Shown here: positions 37,600 to 52,152 of the stretch, in pieces
How positions within the stretch are numbered: position 1 is the stretch's first letter
Layout: every line of letters starts with the position of its first letter
Assembly (NCBI RefSeq): GCF_036321535.1
Contig: NC_087437.1
Span: 115,260,001-115,324,000 of the forward strand
DNA: 64,000 bases
From: Camelus dromedarius
Lineage: Eukaryota
Direction of reading: 5' to 3'
Position numbers and translations under genes: made by a program
Notes under the pieces: generated by a model
Database searches by the model: none
What the model was told of the DNA's origin: nothing
What the model saw: only the letters and a program-made list of their open reading frames with translations

Positions 37600-40500
37600 T
37601 TTTTCTTTTTAATTTCTGGAATATTTCATGTATAAAATACAGAGGGGGATCTAACCAATCCATGATTAAGATTTATAGATGTAATTATTTTGCCAAATTT
37701 ACTTCAGATCCTCTTTTTTTTTTTTTAAGAAATGAAATTGTAAATATTGGAGATGCTCTAAGTTCCTCCCTCTTCTTACCTAGAGGTAGTCACCGTGTTC
37801 AGGTTTGTGTATATCATTCCCTTGCATATTTTATATTTGGACCACGGTGAATCCATAAACATTATAGTGTTGTGTGTTTTAAACTTTGATAGTATTAAAT
37901 AATATGTCTTTTTGCAACTTGCTTTTTAAAATCAGCATCACATTTTCAGATTTATATATGAATAAATTGGATAATTGTGTCTGGTTCATTCATTTTAATT
38001 GCTGGTATAGAATTCCATTGTGTGAATATACCGTAATTTATTTATCCATTTTCCTATTGATGGACTTTGAAATTGTTTCTAGTTTTTGACTATGAAAACA
38101 ATTCTGCAATAAATATATTTGTACTTATGTGGCACACATTTGGAAGTTTCTGTAGAAAATACACCTAGTCGTGGATTTGCTGGATAATAGGGTATGTGCA
38201 TCTTCAACTTAACCGAGTATCACAGAAGCTCTCAAAAGTGGTTGCACTAATTTTCACTCTCACTGGTATTGAGTGAGGATACTAATTTCCTCACATCCTT
38301 GCTAACACTTTTTTACCCAACTTTTACATTTTTGCCTTCTCTTTACTGACCAGCTTCCTTATAACTTTAGCTTGTGGATCAAATTGCTTGCAGCCACCTT
38401 GGCATCTGCTCTAGCCCTGTGTCAACCTGTGGCTTCATCTCTTGCAGCTAACTGGCTCAGTCTTTATCTCATTTGGTCCTCGTAAGATTAATTCCAGCTA
38501 ACATTTATTTTGTACCTAATGTTTGTCAGTTTGTATGGTTGTTATAAAGGTAATAATTTACATGGTATGTTCTCTGTACCTCTCTAGTGACAGGTGAGGT
38601 GATTTAAATACTTTTTTTTGCATATGATGAACAGTTTTTTAAAATACTTTTTCTCTTTAATGTAATATTTGATACTTTAAAAATATATGTAACATATATG
38701 CAGGTTATGAAGCAAAACAATAAAATGAACACCTATCAACTCAATCCAGGAATCAAAATGATCGATACTGAATGTGCTCATCTCCAGAGTGACTGCTATC
38801 CTGAATTGTGTGTGTCATTCCTTGTTTTTTAATAATTTTATCAGATATGTATATATCCCTAAACAATGTATGGTTTCTATTGTTGTTGCATTTAAAATTA
38901 GGAGTATTGGATACAGGTTTCTGGGGCTTGTTTATTTCACTCAATGTTATGTTCCAGAGTCACTGATAATAAGTATAGATGTTAAGTCATTAATTTTCAC
39001 TGCTGTGTAATATTCCATGGGTGAATATAACACAGTGTATGCATTCTTCTGTTGATGAACATTTTGGTTGTTTCTAGGTATTGCTATTTTGAAGATTTTT
39101 GTATGTATCTTCTGGTACACAGTTGCAAGAATTTCTCTACTTTTCACACTGGGGCATACAGCCTTAGGGGAGTAATGAGTTTTCTAAGGAGTACTTGGGC
39201 ACAAGTGACATTAATCAATCAATTTGTAGATCATTAAATTCCATGTGTACCCTTTCCTAAAATTAGTAATGCCTGAGGCATATAGAAACTTCCTCCTGGT
39301 TTTACTTTCCTACCTTCCCTTTTGTAGTAGCACTTCTACCTTAGATAAGGAAGGCATACTATTCACTCACATGGGATCTTAGCAGGGCAATGTCCCAAGT
39401 GAACAACTTTCCCTGGAAAACAAAGGAATAATTTAAAATGCATGCAGCGTACAGTGTTAGGGAATGCTTCTTTTAATCAAGGCACTTCTCATCTCCTCAA
39501 CAGCTGCATTTCCAATGAAATGTAACTTTTTATGTTTAATTATCAGTGTAAATACTAGTTATTTTTTGATACACTGTATAATAATTGACATATTTTAGAC
39601 CTGTGATATGTCAGTTTTATTTTAAAATGTCACTGTGATACTCTAGAAATTCATTCTTTGCAATTATTTAAACTTAGGGCTGACTTTTTAAAATGTCATG
39701 TTAAAGTGTGAAGAGTAGCAATCTTTAAAAGCATTTTTGGTGGTTTGTGAGTAAAAAAATATTGGAATGCCAGTGTGGTAAGCTATTTGCTAAGAAGTGG
39801 GATTGCTGGGTTATGAGATATGAATGTTCAACTTTACAAAATGATACCAAATTGTTTTCTAAAGTGATTGTATCAGCTTATACTTTGGCGAGTAGTTTTG
39901 TCAATTTATATATGTTGATCAGCAGTGTGTACAAGTTACAGTTGATTTATATTCTCTCCAACACATGCTACTATCAGACTTTTTAATATTTACCAATCAA
40001 ATGGATATGATAGGATGTGCATTGTTTTAATTTGCATCCTTTGATTGTTAATGAGTTTGAGCATCTTTTCATATGTCTCTGAACCATCTATTTACCTTTT
40101 TTGAAGTACCTGAACGTATCTTTTACCCATTTTTCTGTTGGGTTGTCTTTTAAAACTAATAAACTGGTAACACGCATCCTTTATTGAGTATATGCATTGT
40201 AAATATCTTCTTACAGTTTGTAGTCTTTTTACTCTTTATGTTGTATTTTGGTGAACAGAAGCTCTTAATATTAATGTAATCTAATTGGGAACTTTCTCTG
40301 CCCTGGGATTATAAAGACTTTCTCCTGTGTTTCTTTTCACAAGTTTTAAAATGATGCCTTTCACATTTAAGTTCATAATGCATCTGTACTGATTTTTGTG
40401 TATGATGCGAGGTAATGATCCACATTTATTTTCCCCCACTGTGGGTACAGTTGACCTCATACTATGAATTGAATTGGCCCTCTGTTCACCAGTGACCTTC

Positions 40501-43500
40501 TGAACCATCTCTTTCACATTTTTAGTTTCTATGTGCATGGGTCTGTTTCTGGCTCCCCATTCTGTTCCACTTGTCCACTTGTCTGTCTCTGTTGATACCA
40601 CATTGTCATGATTATTGATGCTATAGCTTTACCCAAAATCTGGGGGGCACTTGAGTCTCAGCTGTTCTTGTTTTAAGAGTCAGCTTGTCATATGACATGA
40701 AAAACCCTTTGGGAATTAATTGGAATGATTGAATCAATTTGGGAGACACTTGAAATCTTTAAGATTTTGAGGTATGTATTTTCATTTAAATAGGTTTTAA
40801 TGTCTTCTAATACAGTTTTGTAATTTTTTCCTTACAGAGCTAACTTTTTAAATGTTGATTCTAATATTTTTAGTAGTTCTGTTGTTAATATAAGTAATGT
40901 TTTTTAGATTCTATTTTATGACTTTATTGTTAGTTAATGTAAGCTTAATGAATTTTTTACATTGGTCTTTAGTCATCCACTTGATAAACTCTTATTCTAA
41001 TATATTTTCTGTAATTCTTTGGGGTTTTCTACGTGGATAATTATATCACTTGCAAATAGTGACACTTTTGGTTCTTCCTTTCCCAATTATTTTCCCTTAA
41101 AAATTTTTTTCTTGTCCTACTGTGCTGGCACACTTTAGATCTATGCTCAATGAATGTGATTATGGGTGTTCATTAGAAGTGATTATAGTGACCATACATG
41201 TCTTGTTTCTGGTTTTGGAGGGAATATTCCCCATTAGAAATAAGGTTTGTAGGAGTTTCTGCAGGTTTTCTTTATTAAGTTAGGGATATCTTTGTTTGCA
41301 ATTTTGTTACATGCTTTTCTGAGTCTGTTCAGAATATCTTATGGTTTTTTTCCTTTAATATGTTAAATATAATGGGTTCCAGTTTATACATTTTCAAATT
41401 CTTAATTCTCTCTTATACTTGTTCCTAAGATAAACCCAAATTGACCTTAATGGATTGTCTTTTTATGAACTATTTTGCTTATATTTTATTTAGGATTTTG
41501 TATCTGTTTATGAATGAAATCACCTGTCATTTTCCTTTATTGACTGCCTTGTCTGCTTTTGGTATCCAGGTTACACTTACGCCAATTAGAGAGTTCCTCT
41601 TTTTCTGTCCCCTGGGACAGTTTGGATTGGAGTGATTTGTTTCCTAAGTTTGGTGGTATTTGCCTGTGAGATCGTTTGGATCTAATTTTCTGTGAGTGAA
41701 AGGATTGTAAATTGCTAATAATTTAGTAGTAATTAGCATTTGAATAGTAATAGGACTTCAAGTTTTCCATTTCTTTTAGTCAGTTTGGTAAGATTTTAGA
41801 AATTTTTCCTTTGAATAAAAGTTTTAAGTTTATTAGGATCAAGTTGGTATTGTCTTAGTCCTCTTTTTAATCTGTTTTATTTGTGGTTACATTCCCTTTT
41901 CTCATTTTGAATATTACTTGTTAAGTGTTTTTTTTCTTAATCTTGCCAAAAGTTTGTTTTGTCAGTCTTGGCAGAGGATGAATTTTTGGCCTAATTAGTT
42001 CCCTCTGTTATATTTTTGTTTTCTAGTTCACTTTTTTTTTCTTTTATGATTTCCTTCCTTTTCCTTCTTTGAGTTTTTTCTTATATTTTTCTAATTTACA
42101 TTGCATGATTAATTTTCAGCCATTCCTATTTGCTACTGTAAGCATGTAAATCTATACACTTCGTCAAAGTTCGTTTTTGTTTTATCTTAACACGGTTTAA
42201 TTTATGGTGTTTTCATTAACTTTTAAGTGTTTTTTAAATTTCCATTTTTTTCTTTGACTTAAATGTGTTTTAAAGTTTTCTTTGAAACGTGTTTTAAAAT
42301 TTCCAAATATATCTACATTAACATTTTTCCTTTTTGTTACTCCTTAGTTTTGTTCTCAGAGAGTATAGTGTGTATTTTGTCTTTCTAAAAACATTTGTTT
42401 GCCATTGCTTTATGGCCTTGTACGTAGTGAATTATAATACTATTCTACATACTTACAAAGAGTCTATATTCTCTAGTTGTTATGTGTGTATCTGTTAGAT
42501 CAGGCTTAGCAATTGTGTTGTTCAGACTTGTCTTTATTTTGTTTGACCTAGCATTCATTAAGAGGGAGGTGTGTTGCAGTCTTCCACTGTTGCCTTCTAA
42601 CAGACTTCCTGTAGTTCTAACAGTTTTTGTTTTTATGTATTTTGAGACTATTTGATTAGACACATGCAAGCTAAACATTATTTTCCTAATGGATCGAGCC
42701 TTTTCTGTCATGCTGTGATTCTCTGCATGACTGATTTTGTTTTTTGTCTGTTTTGCCTGTCCTACCTTTCTTTTGGTGGTAATTTATCTGGAATAAACTT
42801 TTCCTTCCATTTTACTGTCACTTTTCTTAACCTCCTTACATTTCAGGTGTTTCTTATGGGAAACCTACTACTGGATTTTTCTTTTAATCCAGTCAGATAA
42901 TTAATGTTTTTTAATTGTTATTTTCAGAAGTTAGTTCAAGTCTCTTGGTGGTCAACTCATTTTTTTAATCTAAAATTATTATTTTACCCTTGTTTTTGAG
43001 AGGGTATACAGTTTTGTATACAATTTTGATGGGTATACAGTTGTAGGTTGGTAGTTTATTTTCTGTTCCTTTGGTGAAGGCATTATTCTACATGCAGTCT
43101 GTTCCCAGTTTTATTTATGCTAATTTGAAGAAAATAAAACTTCTCTTTTGGGTACTTTGGATTTTCTGTCTTGTTACATCTTCCCTTCTAAGTCTAGATG
43201 GTGATTACTTTTTGTTTATCCTATTGGATATACATGTTTCCTGATTCTGAATTTTGTTTTTCATGAAGTATCAAAGATTTTGAGCCCTGTGTTCTTTAAA
43301 TATTGTCTTTCTGATTTTATCCATTTTTGCCTTCTGGGAATTTAACTGGATATATATGTATTTGACTGTTTCCAGATCACTTACTTTCATCTTTCATAGT
43401 TTTCATTTTCTTGTATCTCTACCAGAACTTCCAGTGTTGGGTAATTTCATCAGGCACATCTTGTTCATTAATTTTCTCTTCACCTGTGCCTAGTCTTCTC

Positions 43501-43900
43501 TTTCATCCACTCATTTTATTTTCTTTTACTTTTAATGTTTATATTTTTAAATTCTTAAAGTATCACTTGGTTCTTTTTTAGCTATACCCAGCCATTTTGA
43601 ATAGTCTCAAGTTGTTGCTTGCTCATTTTTTTGAATCTGTAGATATTCTGTAGACTGCATCTGACAATCCCTGATGTCCTTAAAGGTCTAGATTTATTGC
43701 ATGTTTTTCCTAGTGCCTCCCTCATGGTGGGTTATCACCTCCCGTGCCTGGAGATTTTCAGTTAGGAACTCTTATTTGATTGTTCTTTCTGTGTGGGAAT
43801 CTTGAGAGTCTGATCTGGGGATACTTCCTTTTGATGAGGTTTGTATTAGCTTTGGCTGGAAGCTTTATGTGGGACCACTTTTCAGTTCTCTCACTTTGCT
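37600..43900 (-). mobile_element. Cluster of old L1M fragments antisense in TTC3 intron 1, including a long piece ~39750-43900
   Basis: T-rich plus strand; gtttgagcatcttttcatatg, gggtctgtttctggctc; ORF 40281-40601 (-) is a decayed L1 ORF2-region reading. Confidence 0.75.
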
Positions 43901-44399
43901 CCTGGCACATGGCTCAGTGTCCTGATCCCACTACTGCTCTTGGCGTTATAACTTGTTATTCTTGGTGGTCAGGTTTAGTTTCTAGCTAGAGGTGGTTACT
44001 TTTGGGGGAAAGGGTGGCTTTAAATGTTTCCTATTTCTGTGAGCTCAGCAAAATATAAAAATTTTAAAAGTCCAGCATCCACTTTATTTTGCAGTGATTT
44101 ATTGCCCCATTAGTTCATCATAACTGATGGGCTCAGAAGTTCTTTACATTAATAGTTAATTTTTGTAGTATATTCATTTTAGTTTGTATTGGAAAGAAAT
44201 TCTGTCCTATCAAACAGAAGATTTCTTGGTGATATCAAATTTTCTATTAAAACAAATTCATGTCTATGTTAAAAGTTGAGTTATTCTAAATAAAAATACT
44301 AAATAGGCAACAGTACAGTTGGCAAGTGGATTTGGCAGCATTTTCTATTTTGGGGAATGTGAATTAAAATTTTGGGAAACACTGAGGTAGGGAATCAAG

Positions 44400-45790
44400 G
44401 TGAGTAGGGCACAGTGTACCCTCTGGACCCATGTCCAACCTACAGAAATAAACCTGTAATGACCAAACAGTATGAAAACTGCTGTCAAAATATATGAGCA
44501 GGGTCCTCTGGGCTTACAGAGAAGAGGTGCAAAAAATAAACTTGGTGGTAGTGAGACATTCAGGAAATGCTTCCTGGACTGGTAGGCATTCTGGTTGCAG
44601 AATAAGGGTTGTTTAGGAATGACAAATGGTTGAGTATGATTAGCTTCTACATTGTGTGTCATGGAGTGACCAGAGAAAAACAGGAACAGGACCACGAAAG
44701 GCCTTCTATGCTATCTAGGGAGTTTGGACTTTATTCTAAAGATGAAGAGAAGCTATTGAATTATTCTAAGCAGCAACAGTTATGATTAGAGTTTTAGAGG
44801 ATGCCAAGATTGAAGGCAAGTCACCAGTTAGGAACTGTTAGAGTAGTTCAGGGGAGAAAAGTTGAAACTGTAGCTAAGGCAGTGGCACTGGACATGAAGA
44901 AGTGTATGTGTGCTAATTTTGGATTTCCTAGAAGAGTCGAAGTGACAGGACTTTGTGGTCAGTTGAATAGGAATTTTAAAGGAGGCTGGGGAGTCTAGAT
45001 TGACCTCCAGATTTCTGGTTTGGATAACCAAGTGGCCTGTAGAGCAATTAACTGGTAACATACAGAAAGAGGAAAGAACTTGGTTTCATTTGTTCTTGAG
45101 GAAAAAGATAAGTTTGTTTTTTAATTTACTGAATCTGAGAGGCTTGTGGGACATCTTGGTTAAGATCTAGTGGCAGTTGACAGGGAGAGTCTAGAAGTCA
45201 TGAGATGCAGCCCAGCCTGGAGAGATCTGAGAGTCTTCAGCATTTGGACATTTCAGCCGTTGTTTGCTGCAGTGCAGTATGAGATAATTTAAAGTGGTGC
45301 ATAGATAAACGCTTAAAACGTTTTTTAATAGTAAGAAATTTAACATATCTGAAAAACATAAGTTGTACTTCAAACCTATGATATCATGGCTTTTACCGCT
45401 TAGGCCAAGTGAGCCCAATAAAAGAGAAATATTAAGTAAATAAAATACATGTGATCTGTGGAAATGGCAAAAATTGTGGTGAAGCTGTGCAAACAATGGA
45501 AGTTCAGAAAGTGCTGTTGTAAGCTGTGGGTGTGGTGGGTAAGGTCACCCAAGGAGAGAGTAAGCGTGAGAAGAGAAGAGAGTTGACACTTGGGTGGCGG
45601 GGAATGGAGAAGAAGAGCCCATGGAGACTGAGGAAGAGCAGCCAGAAGAATAGGAGGAGAACCAGGAGAAGATGGTCTTTGGAGTCCAGATGAAGAGTTC
45701 TGAGAAGGAGGAAGTGGTCAACAGCGTCAAGTAAGTTGTAAGCTGAAAAGTGCTCTTTGGACTTAGCAATTAAGGTAGACCATTTAGGTG
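44400..45790. mobile_element. L2 fragment
   Basis: ggagtttggactttattcta...gacctccagatttctggttt purine-rich strand of L2. Confidence 0.65.
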
Positions 45791-45879
45791 GAAGCATCCA
45801 AACAGTGGATTAAAAAAGTGCTCCTCTAATATTAATGTTAGCTGCTATTTGTAGCATTTCCTGGATGCCATGTGCTATA

Positions 45880-46070
45880 AAAAGCACCGTGTTAACTGAT
45901 AAACCAGGTAGGTAGCATTGCTGTTCTCATTTGATATGTGAGGAAACTAAGGCACAGAGAGGTTAAGTAACTTGTCCAAGATCACACTCAGGAAATGGGA
46001 GAGCCTGGATTCAAGCCCAGGCAGTCTGGTTCCAGAGTCCACGCTCTTAACCACTATGCCACATCGCCTC
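45880..46070. mobile_element. MIR
   Basis: gaggaaactaaggcacagagaggttaagtaacttgtccaagatcacac...ccagagtccacgctcttaaccactatgc. Confidence 0.88.
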
Positions 46071-48400
46071 TCTGGTTAAACAGAATAGAAAATAAAAATA
46101 ACACCAGTGTCGTAATTACGGCACAGCTGGTATCCTCCGTGGTATCGGTGAGATATGCCAACCAGTGAATGACCAGCATGGTGTCACAGTGGCTCAGTCT
46201 GCCAGGTATGAGCACGTTGACTGTATTGTAACTGATACCATGATGGTGATGTGTGGGCTGTGACAGACAGTTCTTGGCTCTTTCTGTATTTATATACAAA
46301 AAACATTTGTAAGACAAATGAGTTTAAAAGGGTATATGTTTTTAGAATAGCATATGTCCCATATTATGTGCCATACTTTGAGTGCTAAAATGTCTTTTAA
46401 TTTTTTCCACTCAATTGTTTACTTTTGGAGTTAAATTATCTAAATTCTGAAAATATTGTTCAGCCAGAACAGGTCAGGTTCCAGACACTATAGATACCCA
46501 GTCTACTGTAAAAGGTCACTAATGACTTTTTTGAAGCAGCTTTCCTTGAACGGTAGAAGTGGAAACCCAATATTAGGAAGCTGAAAATGAACGGGAATGG
46601 TAATGGAGGATATGAATGGGAGAAAGAGGAAGAATTCTCAGTGAGGTTGAAGAATGTCTATGGTAGGAGGTAGGGGAGATGTGAGGCATAATGACTCTTG
46701 GCTGTAGTCAGAGGGCAGCTAATCAGGGGTAAAGGCTTAAAAACTGGTTTAGATCTGGGCAGTGATCCAAGGTGTGGCCTTAGGAAGAGTCTAGGTAGGT
46801 GGGCTGTGAGGTTCATTTTAGTTGAGGAGGCAGTTGCACTGCAAGGCGAGGGTCTTGAAGGGGTCGTGCACGTGGACGTGCATGATGTGGCTGGGATGAT
46901 GAGAGAATTTGGAGGAGAGAGGCGAACACTGAACTAGTCGCCAGTGTTCTTAAACGTGACAACAGCAGAGGTAACTAGATGGCAAAAAGGAAAGCACATA
47001 GTGAAATACAGTATTTGAGAGGAGGGACTATAAATCAGGAGACCTAGGTTTAAATCCTTCTTAGCTTAGTGACCTTGAGCGAATTATGTAATTTTGCTAT
47101 AACTGTTTCCCATCTGCACAGTGGAGATGATGATAATTGGACCTGCAAAGACTTGCTGTGACGATTAGTGAGGCGGTGCACGTGAAACGCCTGGTACAGT
47201 ATGTGACAAAATAGTGTCAACGGTTTGCTAGGAAGGTTGTTACTGTTCTTCACTTCTGATACTGTGAGGTTGGCATACAGCAAATTGGACATAATGAGAA
47301 GGGTTAATTAAAGAAGCAGATTTGTACTCCAGGGACTGTGGTGGTCTTGCTTGTAAGAAAGAAATTTGGTTTATCCTAATAATAGTGGGATAATAGTAGT
47401 GAAGTGAAAAGGTATTAAAAAATGATGTTAGTGATGGTGCTGGTGATGATCAAAAAGAAAGCTATTACTTGGGCAAGAGTTAGAAGTAATCAGATGCTCC
47501 AGCTTTCAGTGATATTTAGGTTTCGTGGCTATTCTCTGATAGCTATACATATTTTTTTTATTGAACTTTCTTCAGGAAAAAAATCCTTAGCCCAAAACTC
47601 CAGGCCTAATTCCCCCTTTCCCCTACTGTAATAATTACTTTTAAAATGGGGTTGTTGGTAACTTGAGGGTTTTGGCCCACCGATGCAGTCAAGCAGTGCT
47701 GACCGCCCGTGTGTGGTAGTAGCTGTGAGAGCGTCAAGAGCAGCAGTTACGAGGAGGATGGAAGGTCTGGATGCGGCTTGAGGAGTTAGGAGAGTGACAT
47801 GCTCACCCTGTACCACTTCAGCTCTGCCCCTCTGCCCAGCTCAGAAACACACACTGAGGACGGATAGGAGAATATGAGCAGCTGGTGGGAAATCATTTTC
47901 TCAGTGGAGTCAGGGTTTAGTTCTGGCCAGGTTGAGAACGTGGCAGTTGTATATGATGAGATGGCGTGTTTCACAGGATGTAGTGAAAGCAGGTGGGGTA
48001 GAAGGGCAGCGGTGGAAAGATGTCTTTTGTTCATTCAGCAAACCCTTGTTTGAGGGCTTAGCATGTGCTAGGCACATACAGAGATGAATAAGGTGCCTAT
48101 AATTATCTTTCCTTGAAAGGAGACATGTAAACAGTTAAATTCAGAGTAGGGGTGGTGACTCTTTGTACCTAAGGAAAAGAAGAAATAGATTGAACTGCTA
48201 TTTGAAGAGAGGCAAGGGGAAAGAATAGCAAATGAAGATGAGAATCTTCCAGAAGTGTGTTCTTATTGGAGTTATCTCCTTGGGACATAAGTTCCAAGTA
48301 TTTTTATAATGCACCATAGAAGCTAGGAAAACTGCTCATGTCATCTCACATGATTCAGTTACTGATTTAGGGTTGTGTTATGTCCTTAGGGTGGTGCACC

Positions 48401-48544
48401 ATGGACGATTTTGCCCTGAGAGATTTCACTGTAGCAGATTATGCCTTGTTAGAAGATTGCCCTTATGTGGATGATGGTGGCTTTGCTCCTGAACATACGT
48501 CCAGTGATTATGTTCGTGTGACTCAGCTTTACTGTGATGGGGTG
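48401..48544 (+). CDS. TTC3: TTC3 first coding exon (MDDFALRDFTVADYALLEDCPYVDD...TQLYCDGV); E3 ubiquitin ligase TTC3
   Basis: Acceptor ccttAG ending 48389; Kozak gcaccATGG; GTG|GTAAGT donor; 144 nt. Confidence 0.95.
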
Positions 48545-49150
48545 GTAAGTAGATTTGTTAACTTTTTGTTTTTAACATTGTGTTTTCTTAAAGGTTTTTT
48601 TGTAATTGAGATATAATTGACATACGATACTGTATTAGTTTCAGATGTATAACAGTGATTCAGTTTACATGTATATTGTGAAATTACTACAGTAAGTCTA
48701 GTTAACATCCATCACCGTACACAGTTACACATTTCTTGTGAGAACTTTTAAGATTTACTTAAAGGTTTTGTGATTTAGAGCTATCTGAGTAAAGATGTTT
48801 TTGTGCTCCATGAGTTTTTACAGGTTTTACATGACTTCTACATGATTGGTTTTTGAAAAGGTCATTTCAGAAGTGCCTCAGCAAGGATAATGTGTCATGC
48901 CAGTGATGGTGAAAGGCTGTTTTCTGACGGGAGATTAGAAGGCTCTCAGGGAGAGCCATAGAAACAGATTTGGGGGAAACACTGGAAAAAGCCTAAAGGC
49001 TCATTGGTTGAAGATGTTGTATTCAAAGTTTATAAGTAAATGAACTGAATTTTTTTTAGTTTGGTACTGATAATCTTTACATTACAAATCAAGAACTGTA
49101 CTTTTGCATTTTACCAGATACAAGTCAAAAGAATATTTTTCTTTTTTTAG

Positions 49151-49193
49151 GGCAGACAGTATAAAGATTATACCCAAAGTGAGAAAAACTTAG
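49151..49193 (+). CDS. TTC3: TTC3 coding exon 2 (GRQYKDYTQSEKNL-E)
   Basis: ttttttAG acceptor, G|GTGAGT donor; 43 nt. Confidence 0.93.
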
Positions 49194-49510
49194 GTGAGTA
49201 CATTGCTATTTTTAATTTGTTGAAACAACCGTCAAAGAAGGTTCATCCATTCACATCAGCATAACAGGCTTATATACCTTTTAAAAATTTATTTTTACTA
49301 TTCTTTTTCATTATAAACTAAAAAATATTTTCTTTGTTAAAATAGAGTTTTAGCTAACACTTAAATATTCTTAGTATCTGATAGGTTAAAATATTTCATC
49401 CGTTCATTTCTTACCTTTCCGTATCCATTTTTGCCTTTTTCTGTAAGTGTTGATTCATTCCAAAATGATGCACAAAATACTAATTTAAAATTTCTTTTTT
49501 TTTAATTAAG

Positions 49511-49661
49511 AATTTGACATCTGCACAATGTGGTGTAGTAAACCTATTTCTGTCCTACAAGATTACTGTGATGCCATTAAAATACATGTCTTCTGGCCAC
49601 TTCTGTTTCAACGTCAGCACAGTTCTGTAATATCACGGTTGCACCCGTGTGTGGAGGCCAA
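49511..49661 (+). CDS. TTC3: TTC3 coding exon 3 (FDICTMWCSKPISVLQDYCDAIKIHVFWPLLFQRQHSSVISRLHPCVEA-N)
   Basis: ttaattaAG acceptor, AA|GTAAGT donor; 151 nt open in frame. Confidence 0.94.
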
Positions 49662-50124
49662 GTAAGTTGCTACATGTTACTCATTTTGTATGAACCATAG
49701 TAAGCATGTTGCCCACTACTGAGAAATGCCAAGTTCAGTGGAAGGCTTATGTCTCATCTGTGTATACTATTAACTCTACTTTTGTTTAATAGAGTGGAAA
49801 AAGTTAATACTTGGGATTTGGGTATGAATGAATAATCATGGTAACATTATAATTAATGAAACTGAAGAGCATTAGATGGTAGATTTGAAGCTGAATAAGG
49901 AAAAATTAATATGCTTGTTTATAATTACCAGCATTGTGGTACAGAAGGAAGAAAAAGGTATAGTATTTTGTCTACTTAATGAACTTATTACCTACAGTGA
50001 GGAAACAGAGAACTTAATCTTTTTCAAGTAGTTTAAATTGAAGTATAACATGTAATTGTAAAATTCAGTGGATTTTTATATATGAGAACCCAATCTCTTA
50101 AAAAATAAATTTGTCTTTAAACAG

Positions 50125-50209
50125 TTCTCATGCTTCTGAGATAAGTTTGAAGAAATTACAACATCTTGAATTGATGGAAGATATTGTGGATTTGGCAAAG
50201 AAAGTTGTG
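50125..50209 (+). CDS. TTC3: TTC3 coding exon 4 (SHASEISLKKLQHLELMEDIVDLAKKVV)
   Basis: tttaaaCAG acceptor, GTG|GTAAGT donor; 85 nt, phase-compatible. Confidence 0.92.
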
Positions 50210-51097
50210 GTAAGTGGTAGAGTGTGTTTTTTTCCCTATTTCAAGTATATAAAATATTTATATGGTATCAGACCTGTGTTACTAATTTATAGTGGTTAAC
50301 AGGTCATGGTTTTAGTTTTGGTTAACCTGAACTTACTCTGTAATCCATGAATTTGTGCTGTGTATTTGAGAGATCAGGTAGATGGCTGTTTTCATTGTTC
50401 TGACATGACATGAGGACCACCCTGCTTCTTGTCGTTAAAGGATAGAAATTGGAATTTGTCATGAATGAAAGTGTCCTCCTGGTTCACAGAAATCTTTGTC
50501 ACAGATTCTGAGAGTGATGGCTTCTGTCTTGTAACTTAAATCCACACCACTGTCATCACCACCACAGCAAATATTTTTTCTTTGGGGTAAACTTCATCTT
50601 GTCACTTTTAAGGAGGTATCCTAGTACTGCACTCCTCAGTGTGCAGTACTAGGCCATTTAATTTTTCTTATTTCAGTTAGTGAAATATTTTTTATTTCAG
50701 TTGGTTATGGAGCCAGCTGTTTCTCTTGATAATTCTGATTGCAAACTTAAATTTAGAAAGGGCATTCTGATGTTATTTCCTGCAGATAATCCTTGGTAGT
50801 AACTTATATCAGCCAATTTAATTTTATAAAAAAATTTAGGTGTAATGAACTTTAAAATCCATACATCTAAAAGTTACACTAAATCATTTTATTATTAGAA
50901 ACTTATGTAAGACTATTTCTGACTTCTTATTTTAGAGTCCTTAAGAGGTAAATTGGGCATGAAAGTGCTTGTGGGAAGTGGACTACTTTGTACAGAGTGG
51001 TATTACTGAAATGTAGGATTTTTTTTTGTCCACTGGAAAATTAAAGTATGATTGACCAAATAAGGAAAAAAATGTGTTTTGTTTGTTTGTTTTGCAG

Positions 51098-51151
51098 AAT
51101 GATTCATTCTTTATTGGAGGCTTATTGAGAATTGGTTATAAAATAGAAAAT
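51098..51151 (+). CDS. TTC3: TTC3 coding exon 5 (NDSFFIGGLLRIGYKIEN)
   Basis: ttttgCAG acceptor, AAT|GTAAGT donor; 54 nt. Confidence 0.93.
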
Positions 51152-52152
51152 GTAAGTGTTAACGTGGAAATCCAGCACAACAACTCTGAATAGATTTTCA
51201 TTGCCCCTTGTACTGGGTCCACAGAGTCACCATTTTATATGCAGCATTTGGTAGTACTGATTTCTGTATTTTGCCTAAGCAATCTCTGTATTTTGGGGAT
51301 TTGTATGATTTTCATCCCCCCCCCCCATATGTAGTGTAATTTGGAGCTTTAATTACAGATTGTTTTTTCTCTTTTAAATTATTTATCTGGCATATGTTCT
51401 CCCAAGTGAAATCATTACATCCCTGGTATGAGCATTTTTTGATGTATAGTTACTAGATAATCCCTAGATACAATGGTAAACTATTTTTAATGCTACTAGT
51501 GACATAAACATCTGTATGTTTTCTTTACACCTGACACCAGCATTGATAACTTCACTATTTAATTTCAGAAGTCATTTCAGACACTAGAAGCATGAATAAC
51601 ATTTTAGTGAGCTCTTGACCCTTCATGAAGTTCTTTGCACTGAGTGCTCACTTACCCAGCCATGCCCTCCTCTTTTTGTCTATATCCTTATTCTCCTTGC
51701 TACAGACTATTTAAAATACAGTCTCTTCGTGAACCTTAATCTATACCTTTAATCTTGCAGTAAGGATGGAGGTTGTAGTTTAGATGAGATCTGAGACTCC
51801 TCATTTATCTAGTGTTATTACATTCTCCTGCTACCCAGGGTAGCCTCTGGCCAGGTTTGTAGACCTCACCTTCCAGGTCTGTAATCATTGCAACAGCATC
51901 CTGAGCTTTGAGGGTGGTCTGAGGTTACCTGAAGATGAAACATATGTGAGTCTGTGGTGTCTGTTATCTTGTGTGTTGGAGTCTAGCTATTCTAGGTTGC
52001 ATGCTAGAGTAATGAAAATGTGAGGTTTGTACAAGTTTTGTATTAAGAATCTGAAATACTATATATGTATATATAAAAGATACGTTTATAGTGCCACATG
52101 TAAACTTATAGTTACTACCAAAATCACATTCTTCATCCTCTTTTTGAAACAG

